Shown piece after piece: positions 61,091 to 64,000 of a stretch of 64,000 bases of DNA (position 1 is its first letter; each line of letters begins with the position of its first letter). A model generated the notes under the pieces. It saw nothing but the letters and a program-made list of their open reading frames with translations, ran no database searches and was not told the DNA's origin. Source of the stretch: Lama glama (Eukaryota); assembly GCA_028534125.1 (NCBI GenBank), contig CM052817.1, forward strand, positions 10,356,001 to 10,420,000, given 5' to 3'. The position numbers were made by a program, and so were the translations under genes.

Positions 61091-62211
61091 CCCAAACAAA
61101 TCCTTCACTCTTAATGCACCATTTTCTCTGTACAGATTTTTATCTGTAAAATAGAGATAACCATTCCTAACTCATCCTTTTATTGAGGACACATAGAAGT
61201 TCCCAGTGAGCTAATGGCATTATGATAATCATGGTGATTCTGGGTGGTCTCTAAATTAGATTCATGTCATGGTGCTCTATGACACTGGCTTCTCCAACTG
61301 CCAGTGACACGTGCTCCCAACCTTTGTCTAGTGAACATGCAACATGCGAGTTGGAAAGCATCTGACCTGCTCTAGATCCTGGTCAGTGGGCTGAGTCCAC
61401 TGGATGAACTTGCATGTCCTGACAATGTCCAACTGCTATAGTAATTTTAAATTCTCATTTTCTGGATTTCTCTCATCACAAACTGGTGACAAAGAGTTTG
61501 CAAACCTGCAGTGACCCATGGGCTTCACCGTGAATAGCACACTTTAGACTGTGAGGCTTTTGAGGGTTTATACTGTGCAGGCACTTTGGGAAGCACAGAA
61601 GATCTTCTGGGTTGGTTCCTGCCCCTCCAGACTTCAGTGCTTAGAAAGAGTGTGATGCTGGTCTGTCTACATGAATGGTGAAAGGTCTGCCCAGGGGCCA
61701 GCCCACTCTGACCAATAACTATGGTTCATCTCAACCTCTGAGCAAGGCTCCTGTTCTATCCTCAGGCTTGGCTTGGTATTTAGATGGGAAAGCGGGTTGG
61801 ATTGTAATCCTTTCTCGTGTCATAAAACTAAGGAAAATATCCTGGTTGGCAGTCAAGCCTTAGAAAAACCCCAAAATCCAAAAAACAAACAAAAAACCTC
61901 AGCAGGATTCCAAATGCTGACTCCAGCCACAGTCACTCTCCCAGAGGCTACTCCGTGTCTTCTATTGAGGGTCATTTTCCAAAGTTAATTGCCTAATTCT
62001 TCTACACATTGGATGATACTCCTTCCCTATCAGTAGAAGCTACATGCAGGGACCAATGCTGCTCATAGTGTAACAATAACAGCAACAAAATCTTCATTCT
62101 CTTGGGAAATTGAAGGTACAGGATCAAAAAACATTGCTGTGAAACCTCAGTGCTTTCACACCCAGTTGAAGACACCACTTATTTTTTTAAGCTCATTTGA
62201 ATCATTTAAAA

Positions 62212-62439
62212 ATTTTTATTTAAATTTGTTTTATTGACGTATAGCTGATTTACAATGTTGTGTTAGTTTCTGGTGTACAGCATAGTGAATGTATATATAT
62301 ATATACATATATATATATATGTATATATATATATTCCTTTTCAGATTCTTTTTCATTATGGGCTATTTCAAGGTATAGAACATAGTTCCCTGTGCTGTAC
62401 AGTAGGACCTTGCTGTTTATCTATTTTATATATAGTGGT
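62212..62439 (-). mobile_element. 5'-truncated LINE-1 3' end
   Basis: Reverse complement of the same L1 tail (attgacgtatagctgatttacaatgttgtgttagtttctggtgtacagc...gttccctgtgctgtacagtaggaccttgctgtttatctattttatatatag). Confidence 0.9.
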
Positions 62440-64000
62440 CCTGCTTATTTGAGTGGATAGACTTATTTAATGATAACAACAAAAGGTGATAAAGAGCACT
62501 GAAAACACTCAATGACAATGATTATACATCTGAAATAACATTTGTATTGGAAAGGGGGTTCCAAATATATAGTACATGTCTCAGACTCCCTCCTGCCACC
62601 CTTCTTGGCAGATGTCAATCATTAATTACTTTTCTTTTTTCCGATCTCTCATGTGGCTTTAGAATCTCAGTGTAGCATTCAAGGCAATGACCGATGTGTA
62701 GGAGATGACACATTGAGTGAGACTTCTTTGGCTTCCTGGTGGAGTAACTTCGAGTTACACGTGCTTTTCAACATGCGTTATCATTTTAACCCTCACCTGT
62801 GATGCAGTTACTGTGATTCACAAGGTACATGATCATCCACACATGAGAAAACCGGGGCTCCGAGAAATTGAGGCAGCTCATCAGTATCATATAAGAAGTA
62901 AGAGGCAAAAGTGGAATTTGAGCCCTGATCCACTGCTCTCGACAGCGCAGGAGTATTGATTCTGCCGCTTCCGTGTGCCAGGCCCTTATAATTTGTAACT
63001 CATCTAATCTTATAAATGATAATCTGTGCCAACCTGTGAGACATCATTCTTTCTGATTTTCAGACAAGGAAAGCGGGGTTCGGAGAATTTAAACAACATG
63101 TTCAAGGCCATTATAGGCAATAAGGGGGTTAGGATCTGAAGCCACATTTCTCTGAATCTGAAGCACGTTTAGTTTTCTTAACACGTGGTCTCCACAGCTC
63201 AGCCTCTGCTTTCAGAGAACACCATCGGGAGCAGGACATGGCAAAGGTGTTAGGAGTGGTGTTAAGGACAGCAGCACCAGTGCTCGACATTTGGAGAAAT
63301 GATTAAATTAGCCTCACACTGGAATATTTGTGGCTTCTATAAATGGTTAATAGGATGACTCTGTAGAAACATGAAAAAGTGTTTACCAAATACCATTAAG
63401 AGGTTGTATGTATACTGATTACATTTATGCAGAAATTATGCAGATAGATGGGTGAAGAGTAAGAGGAAACACAAAGAAAGTGTCTTTTGGCTGAGATACA
63501 GGATAAGAAGACGTTTTAAAGTTTGTATTAAACATAATACTTAAAAAAAGTTTATGTATCCAAGCATCAGGAAAAAACTGGCCAAAGGAAATAGACAAAA
63601 ATAACCACTCATGAAGAAATATGTCCTCGAAATTTGAAAGATTACATTTCCAAAATAATGAGCAGGGCATAACGACACTTAGAGTAAAAATTAAATACTG
63701 ATGCAGAACAAGGAGAAGTAGTGGTATCAGAATAACAACTTGACACTGGGAACTCGGAGTATTTTAAGTGGAACTTTTGCACACTCGAGCCATTTGGAAG
63801 CTGCCTGCCATGTTTCCTTCACTTCCTCAATGCATTCAACTCTTCTCCTTTTTAGATTTCATAGTGACGTTCTAGGTAGTGACTTTGAAAATGAATCACA
63901 CACTTTTTTCTAGCTGCTGTTGGGCAAGTGAATTTACCTGAGTTCTATTACTTTGTGTGTGTGTGTCGTTCAAAATCTGGTCTTCTATTTACCAAACTTC

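Larger units (their letters stand above)
17059..64000 (-). other. LDB2: Large LDB2 intron (upstream exons lie beyond the window)
   Basis: I found no further LDB2 coding sequence (dimerisation-domain exons) up to the window end; the region is repeat-dense. Confidence 0.85.

Noticed and set aside
1..64000. Prokaryote-type systems (CRISPR, operons, defence loci), tRNA/rRNA/snRNA genes, CpG-island promoter
   Set aside because: None seen. The window is CpG-depleted mammalian intron and flank. Small ncRNAs cannot be fully excluded without an Infernal/Rfam scan.

Overview
Mammalian genomic DNA, not microbial. The L1 3' ends look cetartiodactyl and possibly camelid (inference), and I recognised no Alu, B1, Bov-A/tA or PRE-1 SINEs. 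The window holds the 3' half of LDB2 (LIM domain binding 2 / CLIM1) on the minus strand. Three canonical coding exons lie at 16935-17058, 13847-13998 and 8066-8296, the last encoding the LIM-interaction domain (LID). An alternative LID-less CLIM1b-type exon lies at 11217-11321, and a ~1.1 kb 3' UTR ends near AATAAA at 6973-6978. Positions 17059-64000 are one large intron and 1-~6950 is downstream flank. Both are filled with L1, L2, MIR, MaLR/ERVL LTRs, DNA-transposon relics and microsatellites. A 500-N gap flanked by an exact 199-bp duplication is probably an assembly artefact. I found no evidence of a wholly new biological system. The most notable signals are a set of splice choices deciding whether LDB2 keeps its LID, several motif or palindrome clusters that are enhancer or splicing-element candidates, and an atypical internal L1-RT fragment between ~80-bp direct repeats. 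Nearly all ORFs in the supplied track are spurious. Repeat family names are from recognition, not a database search.
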